Of a DNA stretch of 25,759 nucleotides, positions 16,267 through 24,680 are shown one piece after another (within the stretch, counting starts at the first letter, position 1; each line of letters starts with the position of its first letter). Source of the DNA: Promethearchaeota archaeon (GTDB lineage Archaea > Asgardarchaeota > Lokiarchaeia > Sigyniarchaeales > SOKP01); assembly GCA_018238625.1 (NCBI GenBank), contig JABCSY010000056.1, positions 1 to 25,759 on the forward strand, read 5' to 3'. A program made the translations under genes and the position numbers. The notes beneath the pieces were generated by a model. The model had not been told where the DNA came from and did not search any database. It was given only the letters and a program-made list of their open reading frames with translations.

Positions 16267-17265
16267 ATGGCTAAAAAAAAAAAAGAGCAAGATCAAGATG
16301 ATATGCACGAATTAATATTATTTAGAGAACCGACTGCTCAGGAAATAAAAAAATTCGAATCTGTTTCTCTTGAATATATTGATCAAGAAGACAAAATTAA
16401 TTTGGTGTGCAAATCAGAGCCTTTTGGAGGAAATTATCTTTATTCCTTGGTAATATCAAATAAGAGCGTTGATCCGATTACAGAAATTAAGATTAGAGTG
16501 AGGATGCCAAGATTTTTAAAGCTTTGTAGAAGTACACCTCCAACAATAACTATAGAAACAATTGATTTTGAAGAAGATGAAGAAGAAACACAAGTAAAAA
16601 TTGAATTTGAAGTATTAAAAGGAAAGGGACAAAAGCAAATTAATTTATATTTCTGTCCGTTATCCTTAGATAAAAAAGGTGAGATTAGATCATCCGTTAC
16701 ATTCTTAAATAATGTTGATTTTGTTAGGGCAATTGACACGGATGCTATTACTATTCAATTCGATCCATTTAAGGTTGAAAGAAAAATATTGCCAAGCACA
16801 GAAGTTAGAAAATTCTTGGAAAAACCTGGGATAAAAAAAGCGATTAAAAGTATTGGGATTGGTATAGAAAAATTCTTCGATGAAACCTACTATTTCGACC
16901 AAATTACTAGAATCATCCAAGACCAAAATTTCCAACAAATTATTATAGATGACGATAATAAAATTGTTTGGTTTTTCGGAACTGAATTAGTGAGCGGTAA
17001 CGATGTTTTAGTAATTGGACAAATTTTCGCGGGCAAAATAGAATGGTTAGCAGCGTCGCAAAACCATCCTTTACTCATCTCCATTTTAACAAGCTTTGTA
17101 AACACTTTTAAAGAGGAAATGATGGTTTTAAACATAATAAATTCTGAAGATCAAATTTATCATTTAGAATGTAAATATTGCGGAAATATCTTATCTAGCT
17201 TTCCTGGAAGAGGTAAATCTATCGAATGTAAAAAATGCAACTACGAACAAGTTATTTGGAACTAG
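16267..17265 (+). CDS. Hypothetical protein: putative Ig-like ear + platform (adaptin/coatomer appendage-like) + C-terminal zinc ribbon
   Basis: 332-aa ORF with beta-rich LVISNKS..ITEIKIRV..QINLYFCP..GEIRSSVTF, then VWFFGTELVSGNDVLV..KIEWLAASQN, then CKYC...CKKC. The CDS is secure; the fold call is inference. Confidence 0.6.
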   Translation: MAKKKKEQDQDDMHELILFREPTAQEIKKFESVSLEYIDQEDKINLVCKSEPFGGNYLYSLVISNKSVDPITEIKIRVRMPRFLKLCRSTPPTITIETIDFEEDEEETQVKIEFEVLKGKGQKQINLYFCPLSLDKKGEIRSSVTFLNNVDFVRAIDTDAITIQFDPFKVERKILPSTEVRKFLEKPGIKKAIKSIGIGIEKFFDETYYFDQITRIIQDQNFQQIIIDDDNKIVWFFGTELVSGNDVLVIGQIFAGKIEWLAASQNHPLLISILTSFVNTFKEEMMVLNIINSEDQIYHLECKYCGNILSSFPGRGKSIECKKCNYEQVIWN

Positions 17266-17589
17266 AAAGTTTAATTACTCCTTCGTTAAAGTATCCTTTT
17301 GGTGGCGTGTTTTAAAAATAGAATAAATTTTTTTATGTTTCATTTGATATTAAATTTCGCTTTTCAGCATTTCACAATTTGATTAAATCTTTGTTTTTTT
17401 CTAGTTTTATTACCAGTTGTTTTATTATATCAAGTATAGAGCCAATTTAGTCCTTTTAGCATTAAATATTTATAGATTTGAGAAATCAGTGTAAGAAATT
17501 TATATTGTACGAAATGATTCGATTAGTATGATTTGAATTTTGTCGTGAAATTTCTTTCGTTTTTTTCCTTAGAAAATCAAGGATCAATC

Positions 17590-17603
17590 AAAATCTTTAA
17601 ATA
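17590..17603 (+). promoter_or_regulatory. Candidate BRE-TATA promoter for the histone gene
   Basis: AAAATC-TTTAAATA about 95 nt upstream of the histone ATG. AT-rich context limits certainty. Confidence 0.3.
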
Positions 17604-17697
17604 CATAAAAGAACATTCTTTATTTGATTAAGTAAATTTAATCAAAAAAAATAAATTAAAAAATATTAACCAAAATATATAAAGTGGAGGAATTATC

Positions 17698-17910
17698 ATG
17701 TCTGAATATATTAGTTGGAGTCCTATTAGGCGTCTTATGAAACATAACGGCGCTGTTATTGTCGCTAGAGACGCAGTAAACGAGTTAGTCGATTGGATGG
17801 GCGCATCAGCAGAAAAAATAACCAAAAGTGCGTTAACCTTAACAAAACATTCAAAGCGGAAGAAAATAACTCGGGACGATATCTTATTAGCAATTAAATA
17901 CTTCAAATAA
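17698..17910 (+). CDS. Archaeal histone (HMf-like, tailless)
   Basis: SPIRRLMK...VARDAV...HSKRKKITRDDILLA histone fold, with a GGAGG SD upstream. Confidence 0.93.
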   Translation: MSEYISWSPIRRLMKHNGAVIVARDAVNELVDWMGASAEKITKSALTLTKHSKRKKITRDDILLAIKYFK

Positions 17911-17934
17911 ATACCCAATATAGTTTATAACATA

Positions 17935-17948
17935 TTTCTTTTTTTTTT
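17935..17948 (+). terminator. Poly-T terminator of the histone gene
   Basis: TTTC followed by T10, about 25 nt after the stop codon. Confidence 0.6.
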
Positions 17949-18050
17949 ATCTAATTTTTTCTAAAACAAGTCAATTTCTATTTTTCAGCCATAATTATAA
18001 ATAGAGCGAATTTTTAACAAGTTATGAATTAATAGTTAAAGTTGAAAAAA

Positions 18051-18458
18051 ATGAAATCCCATAGAGATAATTCATACAACGAACATTTTATTAAGGAGGT
18101 TCTTTCAATATTTGATTTTACATCTTCAATTTTGTTAATAACGGCTGGTTTAGTATTATGGTATTTTACTCCCTTTTTGGGATCTTTAATTCGAACGATT
18201 GCCAGTGGTGTTGGTTATGGAAGTGCTAAATTGTTTTATTTCTTTGTAGCAGATTTCGAATTCTTCTCGATTTTAGGTGTAATCTTTTTGCTTTTAAACG
18301 GGTTACTCCTTTTTTTGGCAGGTTTAGGGTTTTTATATGATATAAAGTGGAGTAAAAAAATACATTATCTAAGTTGGATAATGGTTCTATTAGTTTTTCC
18401 TATTGGGACCTTGTACGGCGTCTTTACTTTGTGGTTGACTTCTAAGGTAAATCAATAA
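18051..18458 (+). CDS. Hypothetical membrane protein (about 3 TM)
   Basis: Hydrophobic segments with LAGLG and FPIGTLYG motifs. Confidence 0.7.
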   Translation: MKSHRDNSYNEHFIKEVLSIFDFTSSILLITAGLVLWYFTPFLGSLIRTIASGVGYGSAKLFYFFVADFEFFSILGVIFLLLNGLLLFLAGLGFLYDIKWSKKIHYLSWIMVLLVFPIGTLYGVFTLWLTSKVNQ

Positions 18459-18472
18459 ATATTAGTGGTTAA

Positions 18473-18878
18473 TTACAAACATCCAAGAATCTTTTTGGGA
18501 TAAGAGTCTAAGCAAATGTTACTATATAATTTATTAAACTAATCAGGAAAATTTCTATTAACTTTTATTAGCACATGTTTCAAATATTGTTTCATATAGA
18601 ACCTTTCGCTGTTACAATAGTCTAACTTTTCGTTATTTGATAATTCTTTACATTTTTTCAAGAGTGTATGGATATCTTCAACTATAACAAGATACTCTTT
18701 TTTAGCTATATCACATTCTTGAATTATTAGATCATTAACTAAATATGAGTTAAAATCGTTGGCTCCGACTTGAGTTTTGCCACTATTTATCGAAGGGCTA
18801 ACTGAGTTTGGTTTAACTGTTTCAATGAAATGTACTGCTTCTTTATTATTGCTGAAACCTTTTGAAATGAATACTCAT
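18473..18878 (-). pseudogene. Probable degraded gene not in the ORF track
   Basis: 111 sense codons open from 18874 to TAG at 18539-18541 with no 5' in-frame start. An ATG sits 1 nt out of frame at 18878. The frame runs 21 more codons to TAA 18473-18475. Confidence 0.45.
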
Positions 18879-18980
18879 CTCGGAGAATTTTCGATTTAAT
18901 GAAAGAAATCACAAAACCATATTTAAACGAGAAGATAGTAGCAATTTATTGTTAAATAAGAAAATATGTAAAAAAGTCGA

Positions 18981-20108
18981 TTATTCTGAACAATAATTAT
19001 TGCTAATGTATTTTTCTAATCCTTCGAGAATACTTCTAGTTCCTTTAGTATTATAAACTTCCATCAAATCATCGACCGTTACAAATTTCTCTGTTTTTGC
19101 TGATAAATACGATAATAACACAGTTTTTATTGCTTCTCTTGCTTGCTCTGGAGAAAAATCAGGTTTTATATCGTTAATTATACAATCTGTAAAATAAGAG
19201 TCCTCAATGCCCATAGATATCTCGTAATATTTTGGGAAGGGTCCGTGCTTAATTTCGGGTTCATACCATTTTCCTCGATTATTACCCATACTTTCGTGAT
19301 TAGAGAATATTTTAACGGGCTTATTCCACTCGTGATTTTCGATAATCGAACCTTTTGTTCCATATATTTCTAAACTATTTGTTGGTGGTGATATAACGGT
19401 AAAGCTAACTATCGTTTCAACAATAATCCCACTTAAATACTTCAATAAAACCATGGCGTTATCCTCGGCTTTTTCGCTCAAATTAGTACACTGTTTTGCT
19501 AACCAACAATAAGCAGATTCAACCTTATCGTTTAATATCCAATTAATTGTCGCAAATTTGTGGGCGCCCATATCCATTAAAGCCCCGCCTCCTGCCATAA
19601 CGGGATGTCCCTTCCAATGCCCGCTTTTCATAAGTCCAGGTATTTCGTTAACTCCTTCGTAAGATCGCACCAAAAAAACTTTTCCCACTAACCCCGATTG
19701 CACTGCTTCCATTACATATTTATGAACGGGCAAAAATCGATGGTTTTCGGCAATCATAAATTTAACGCCCGCTTTCTCAGTTGCCTTAATCATATCGTCA
19801 CAGCCCTCAAGCGTAGTAGCCATCGGCTTTTCGCAGAGTACATGCTTATCCGCTTCTGCTGCTGCAATGACATACGATTCATGAAGGAAATGTGGAACCA
19901 TTATCAGAACGGCGTCAATATCAATTTTTAGCAAATCATCAATAGTGTTACAATAAGTCATCTTATTGACTTTAGCGCATCTCCTCGCAGTTTTTTCGTT
20001 AATGTCAAAAACTGCTTTGAATTTGATTTTTGGATTGTTTTTACATCCAAATTTATGAAACCTCCAGACGGCACCAGATCCAATAATCCCGTATTTAACA
20101 AAATCCAT
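18981..20108 (-). CDS. Gfo/Idh/MocA family NAD(P)-dependent oxidoreductase
   Basis: GIIGSG, HVLCEKPMA, AENHRF, GGGALMDMGAH, EIYGTKG. Confidence 0.93.
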   Translation of the reverse strand: MDFVKYGIIGSGAVWRFHKFGCKNNPKIKFKAVFDINEKTARRCAKVNKMTYCNTIDDLLKIDIDAVLIMVPHFLHESYVIAAAEADKHVLCEKPMATTLEGCDDMIKATEKAGVKFMIAENHRFLPVHKYVMEAVQSGLVGKVFLVRSYEGVNEIPGLMKSGHWKGHPVMAGGGALMDMGAHKFATINWILNDKVESAYCWLAKQCTNLSEKAEDNAMVLLKYLSGIIVETIVSFTVISPPTNSLEIYGTKGSIIENHEWNKPVKIFSNHESMGNNRGKWYEPEIKHGPFPKYYEISMGIEDSYFTDCIINDIKPDFSPEQAREAIKTVLLSYLSAKTEKFVTVDDLMEVYNTKGTRSILEGLEKYISNNYCSE

Positions 20109-20271
20109 AATTAATCTTTTCTAGTAGGATATTTATAAGTATCGTATTAATCTTGTAGAATGTTTCCAAAATCGATAATAAAGATTTAGCTTTACCTTAG
20201 ATAAATTTTATTAAAAGTTTTTAACTCAGATTATATTTTAATCAATTACTATTTATAAGATGTGATATGAA

Positions 20272-21405
20272 ATGGCCAACCCAATTGGATACAGTAAGAA
20301 AAGAGCAAGAAAATTTTTAGAAAAATACGATATTGATCTTCTAATAGCCTCGACTCCAGTAAATGTATTTTATACTACAGGATTACCCGTAACCCATGTT
20401 GCTCCAAACCCTATTTTATATGTACTATCCAACCAATACCCAAATTTATCTATGATACATAGAGATGGAGAAGAATATGCGATTTTATGGTCTTTATATG
20501 ATAGTATAGAAGATTTTTCTTGGATCGACCCAAGCAAAGTATTTCGTGCTACCTCCTTAGAAGCTACGATAAAAATCTTGTTAAAAAAAGTTGAAGAATG
20601 GGATTTAGGCAATAAGACAATAGGTCTTGAATCTTACATGCCCCGGTACCAGTCTGAAGCGTTGCAAAAGAAGTTCCCAGACGCGAAATTTGTTGATGCT
20701 GACAAAGCATTTATTGACATGCGCCTGATTAAAACTGAAGAAGAAGTAAGGCGAATTCGAAAATCAACTGAAGTAGCTGAAAAAGCAATACAAGCGTGTA
20801 TAGATGCCGTAAAATTGGATGTATTAGATACAGAACTGTTGCAAATAGCAAGAAGAACGATGGTAGATGAAGGAGCTTGGGGATGGGATCATTTAACAAT
20901 GAGCATTGGTCCTTCAGATCCAGAGGCTCCAGGTTTAGGGATCCCAATAACCCAAAATGACATTGTAAGATTTGATTTTGGAGCAGTCTGGGAAGGCTAC
21001 ATCTCCGACGTGAGTAGAGGTGTTGTTGTTGGGGAAATCCCTAAGAAAGCTAAAGAAGCTATGGATTATATGATACAAGTTCAAGAATATTGTGTTGATA
21101 ATATTAAACCAGGAGTTAATGCTAGTGAATTTAGGGAAGAGGCTCGCGCTTATTTAAAAAAAATTACAAAAAGAGGTTTTTATCTTATTACTGCACATAG
21201 TATTGGATTAGAATGTGAAGAAGCTCATCTTTTTGGCCCTACAGGTGCAATGGACATTCCTTTTGAAGAAAATATGGTCATGGATATTGAGGTTTGGTTA
21301 AATGTGCGAGGCCAAGGTTTAGTTGGTGTTGAAGATTGCTATAGAATTACTAGTTCTGGTTGTGAAAGTTTATCACGTCTAGATAAAAAGATAGTTATTA
21401 AGTGA
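20272..21405 (+). CDS. M24 (Xaa-Pro peptidase/creatinase-fold) hydrolase
   Basis: Creatinase-N-like start (NVFYTTG), RLIKTEEE, DFGAVWEGYISDVSR, HSIGLE, IEV, GVED. Confidence 0.9.
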   Translation: MANPIGYSKKRARKFLEKYDIDLLIASTPVNVFYTTGLPVTHVAPNPILYVLSNQYPNLSMIHRDGEEYAILWSLYDSIEDFSWIDPSKVFRATSLEATIKILLKKVEEWDLGNKTIGLESYMPRYQSEALQKKFPDAKFVDADKAFIDMRLIKTEEEVRRIRKSTEVAEKAIQACIDAVKLDVLDTELLQIARRTMVDEGAWGWDHLTMSIGPSDPEAPGLGIPITQNDIVRFDFGAVWEGYISDVSRGVVVGEIPKKAKEAMDYMIQVQEYCVDNIKPGVNASEFREEARAYLKKITKRGFYLITAHSIGLECEEAHLFGPTGAMDIPFEENMVMDIEVWLNVRGQGLVGVEDCYRITSSGCESLSRLDKKIVIK

Positions 21406-21418
21406 GAGCGATAATAAA

Positions 21419-22195
21419 TTGAGAGTAAAAAACAAAATTGTGGTTCTAACTGGGGCTGCTTCGGGGATTGGTCGTGCTACGGCTATTTTATTTGCTAAAG
21501 AGGGGGCAATTCAAGTACTTTCTGATATTGACGAAAATGGATTGAAAGAAACATACGAAAAGTTAGGAAGTGCTAAAGAAAGAACGACAATCACAAAATT
21601 AGATGTGAGAAATTCCGATGAAGTTAGGAATATGATTGATTCTACTATAGATAAGTATGGTAAAATTGATGTTTTAATAGTTAACGCAGGAGTTGTAAGA
21701 GTAGGACCAGTTGAGACTTTTTCAGATGACGATTATGACTTGTTAATTGATGTGAACCTTAAAGGTACGCACCACACGTGTAAATTTGCGGTACCTTACT
21801 TTAAAAAGCAGAGGTTTGGAACTATTATTACTTTAGCGTCTGTGGCAGCGCACATTGGTCAAGTGGCTCATGCAAATTACTGTTCTACGAAAGCTGGCGT
21901 GCTAGGATACACAAGAGCGTTAGCGTTAGATTTAGCGTCTTATAATATTCGAGTAAATAGCGTGAGTCCAGGTGCTACTGACACTCCAATGCTACAGGGG
22001 GACGTGGCAAAGCAAGCTAGAGATAGGGGTGTTGATTACGATGTCGTTAAGAAAGAATTCGAAGAAGAAGGTGTCATAGGTCGCTGGGCAAAAGCTGAAG
22101 AAATTGCCACAGGGATTCTCTTTTTAGCAACAGACGATTCCTCTTATATGACCGGAGCAGATTTGAGATTAGACGGTGGTTGGACTACAAAATAA
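21419..22195 (+). CDS. Classical short-chain dehydrogenase/reductase (probably NAD-preferring)
   Basis: TGAASGIG, Asp at the end of beta2 (SDID), NAG, YCSTK, NSVSPG, DGGW. TTG start. Confidence 0.93.
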   Translation: MRVKNKIVVLTGAASGIGRATAILFAKEGAIQVLSDIDENGLKETYEKLGSAKERTTITKLDVRNSDEVRNMIDSTIDKYGKIDVLIVNAGVVRVGPVETFSDDDYDLLIDVNLKGTHHTCKFAVPYFKKQRFGTIITLASVAAHIGQVAHANYCSTKAGVLGYTRALALDLASYNIRVNSVSPGATDTPMLQGDVAKQARDRGVDYDVVKKEFEEEGVIGRWAKAEEIATGILFLATDDSSYMTGADLRLDGGWTTK

Positions 22196-22215
22196 TTATT
22201 TTTGGTTAAATTTTC

Positions 22216-22926
22216 TCATTGCTTGAAAAGCTTCTTAAGAACATTTTCTTTCTTAATCTTTTCTTTAAAGCCTTCTCCAGAACTCTTAATCTTTTCTTTA
22301 GTGACTTCTCCCGACAGTAATAAAGCTATACCAATTTCATTCTTAAGTAAAATTTGTTTTGAAAAGTGGCTTTGAATTACCGAGAAAATTATTCCATAAA
22401 TTAAACCAGAAACCCATAGAATTATTATTAACAAATTTACTTCTATACCTAAATTTGACTTAATCGAAACGCTGATGTACTTATACAATAACCCCCAAGA
22501 GAATACAAATAATATCTCTAATGTAATACTGACTTTAACAATAGTTGAGGCAATTCTTGTTGTTTTTGAATCTGGTAAATGGGATTTCATTGTTTTAATG
22601 TCGTGAATACCAAAAATAAAACGTTTACTGAGGGTAGTTCCACTATGAAACGCTAAAAATATAAAAATAGCCCCAAAAGAAACGGGATTGTCTAAATATA
22701 TTACATTTATGGTTCCAATTGCTATCCAAATAAAAAGATTTATCCATTTAAATAATTTTTTTTTGGGCTCTTTAAATTTCTCTTCTACTTTTAAAACCTT
22801 CTGTAGAAATGACGAAAGTGCCTTTTGAAATAAAGCACCAATCCATAAAAATAGATTTATTATTATAAACGGTATTAAAATTATAAAAGCTAAAATTAAT
22901 TCAATTGAAAATGACATAATAATCAC
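22216..22926 (-). CDS. Hypothetical multi-pass membrane protein
   Basis: About 5 hydrophobic segments and a Lys-rich tail; 42 nt downstream of the BKACE gene on the same strand. Confidence 0.75.
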   Translation of the reverse strand: MIIMSFSIELILAFIILIPFIIINLFLWIGALFQKALSSFLQKVLKVEEKFKEPKKKLFKWINLFIWIAIGTINVIYLDNPVSFGAIFIFLAFHSGTTLSKRFIFGIHDIKTMKSHLPDSKTTRIASTIVKVSITLEILFVFSWGLLYKYISVSIKSNLGIEVNLLIIILWVSGLIYGIIFSVIQSHFSKQILLKNEIGIALLLSGEVTKEKIKSSGEGFKEKIKKENVLKKLFKQ

Positions 22927-22968
22927 ATAAGTAAGCCTTTAATTTTAATTAAATATATATCTTTTAAT

Positions 22969-23766
22969 TCATAACCCTAAAATTTTTCGAGCTTCGGATG
23001 GGTCTGCTGTTTCACGCCCCATTTCTTTACTAATATTTACCATTCGAAGTACTATTTCGGCATTATCTTTCGCTGGAACACTCTCCTTCAAGAAAGGATA
23101 GTCTTCCGTTCCTACGCGCACATTCCCCCCATTAGCAATTGACATTACAGCAATTTTAGTCTGTTCTTCCCCCATAACACTAATCGTATGGAGACAATTT
23201 TCGGGCATGTATTTTATTCTATGCAAATATTCATCTGCTGTTGGTGGTGACCATGTGCCCCCAGGCCAATTAAAAAACAAGGTTAAAACATGGGGTGTCT
23301 TCAGTAAATCTTTTTTAATTAAATAGTCAAGGTTCCAATACGAACCTATATGCCATACTTCCCATTCAGGTTTTATATCATACTTCTCGCAAGTAATGCA
23401 GTACTGTTCTAATTCGTCAAGATCGTGGATTTGGTTTACTGTCATTTCAGTAAAATGCTCATCGTGGTGATTCAATATCGCAGAAAGCATGTCGGGTTTC
23501 GCATGAAAGTCTGGGGCTCTTTCTTCTATTGGGTAACTGGACATACCCGCTTGGATTATAATATCGCATCTTTCTCTAATTCTTTTAACGGTTTCGATCT
23601 CTTCTCCCCTGGGCAGGTGTACGTGAGCAATTGCAGCTCCAGCTTCGTAGCATTTAACAACATCCTCTATTAATGCATCTGTTGTTTCCGCCCAATTTTT
23701 TAAATCAGGATACATCCACGAATTCGCAGTAGTGGCTGTAATAATCATCTTTTCATATTCAATCAT
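22969..23766 (-). CDS. Beta-keto acid cleavage enzyme (BKACE/DUF849, Kce-like)
   Basis: EAGAAIAHVH zinc motif, KPEWEVW, GGNVRVGTED, DNAEIV, ADPSEARKILGL. Confidence 0.92.
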   Translation of the reverse strand: MIEYEKMIITATTANSWMYPDLKNWAETTDALIEDVVKCYEAGAAIAHVHLPRGEEIETVKRIRERCDIIIQAGMSSYPIEERAPDFHAKPDMLSAILNHHDEHFTEMTVNQIHDLDELEQYCITCEKYDIKPEWEVWHIGSYWNLDYLIKKDLLKTPHVLTLFFNWPGGTWSPPTADEYLHRIKYMPENCLHTISVMGEEQTKIAVMSIANGGNVRVGTEDYPFLKESVPAKDNAEIVLRMVNISKEMGRETADPSEARKILGL

Positions 23767-23905
23767 TACATTCTTCCAATTTAGCTTTTGATTATAACTT
23801 TATACTTAAAAATTCATATATTCAAATATGTATGAAATGTTTATGACATAACAAAGTATGTATTTACATACAATTAAATTAATAAAAATATGGAGGAATT
23901 ATAAT

Positions 23906-24666
23906 ATGAGTAAAAATAATTTAAACTTTCAAGGTACAATTTCTCGTAATTATGCCAAAAAGCAGATTCTTAAATTTTCTCTCAGTTATTTTGCGCTGTT
24001 TGCAGCTATGATTTCGATGTTTGGGTTTGCGACCTTTATTGGAGCTTTACAATTAGAAATGTTCTTAATGGTGATATTCTATATTGTACTTATTCCCTAC
24101 ATGTTTGTTTTAATTTTTGTTATATGGTTCGAATTTAAGTATGTCAAAATGTTTTCATTTGAAGTGCTAGAAAATAACCTTATTATTCGTCATGGTGTTT
24201 TCAATAGGGTTAAAGCTACGATCCCTTATAGCAGGATACAAAATATTAATATCACAAATGGAGTTTTCGATAGGATATACAAGACTTTTACTGTTAAGGT
24301 TGAAACGGCTGGATTTAGCGCAGCTGCATCTGGTCGTCGTTCAGGTCTTGCAAAACCAGAAGGATATATTCCCGGATTGAAAGAACCTAATATCATTGAG
24401 AATAAAATAAAAGAACATTTAAAGAGACATTCTGCGATACCAAGTGGTTTATAAAACCAGATTTTTAAGCCAGAAGAATTGACATTTGACAACTTTATTA
24501 GCGCGAAGGAGAACAGCTAAGAACTTCAATCAAAGAAAGATGTGAAGGTGTTAAATTGACAGTCGCTAACTTAACTGAAAAATTGGCTTTAGGTGATAAG
24601 AAAAATAAGATAGAGAAATTGTCTCATGCATTAGGTTATAAATTTGAAGATTTGTTTGAAGATTAA
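23906..24666 (+). pseudogene. Membrane bPH_2 (YdbS-like) protein apparently fused to a C-terminal XRE-type HTH; interrupted by a stop (24452-24454) and a frameshift near 24500
   Basis: GGAGG SD then ATG 23906; 2 TM; IRHGVF..IPYSRIQNINI..VKVETAG. After TAA the frame reads NQIFKPEELTFDNFIS. A second frame (24502-24666) gives LRTSIKERCEGVKLTVANLTEKLAL...IEKLSHALGYKFEDLFED*. Confidence 0.7.
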
Positions 24667-24680
24667 CAATTTTTTTCAGA

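Noticed and set aside
18539-24454. Stop-codon recoding (Pyl/Sec or readthrough) at TAG 18539-18541 and TAA 24452-24454
   Set aside because: Both genes also carry frame disruptions, TAA is not a recoded codon, and TAG/TGA act as normal stops elsewhere in the window; decay is simpler.
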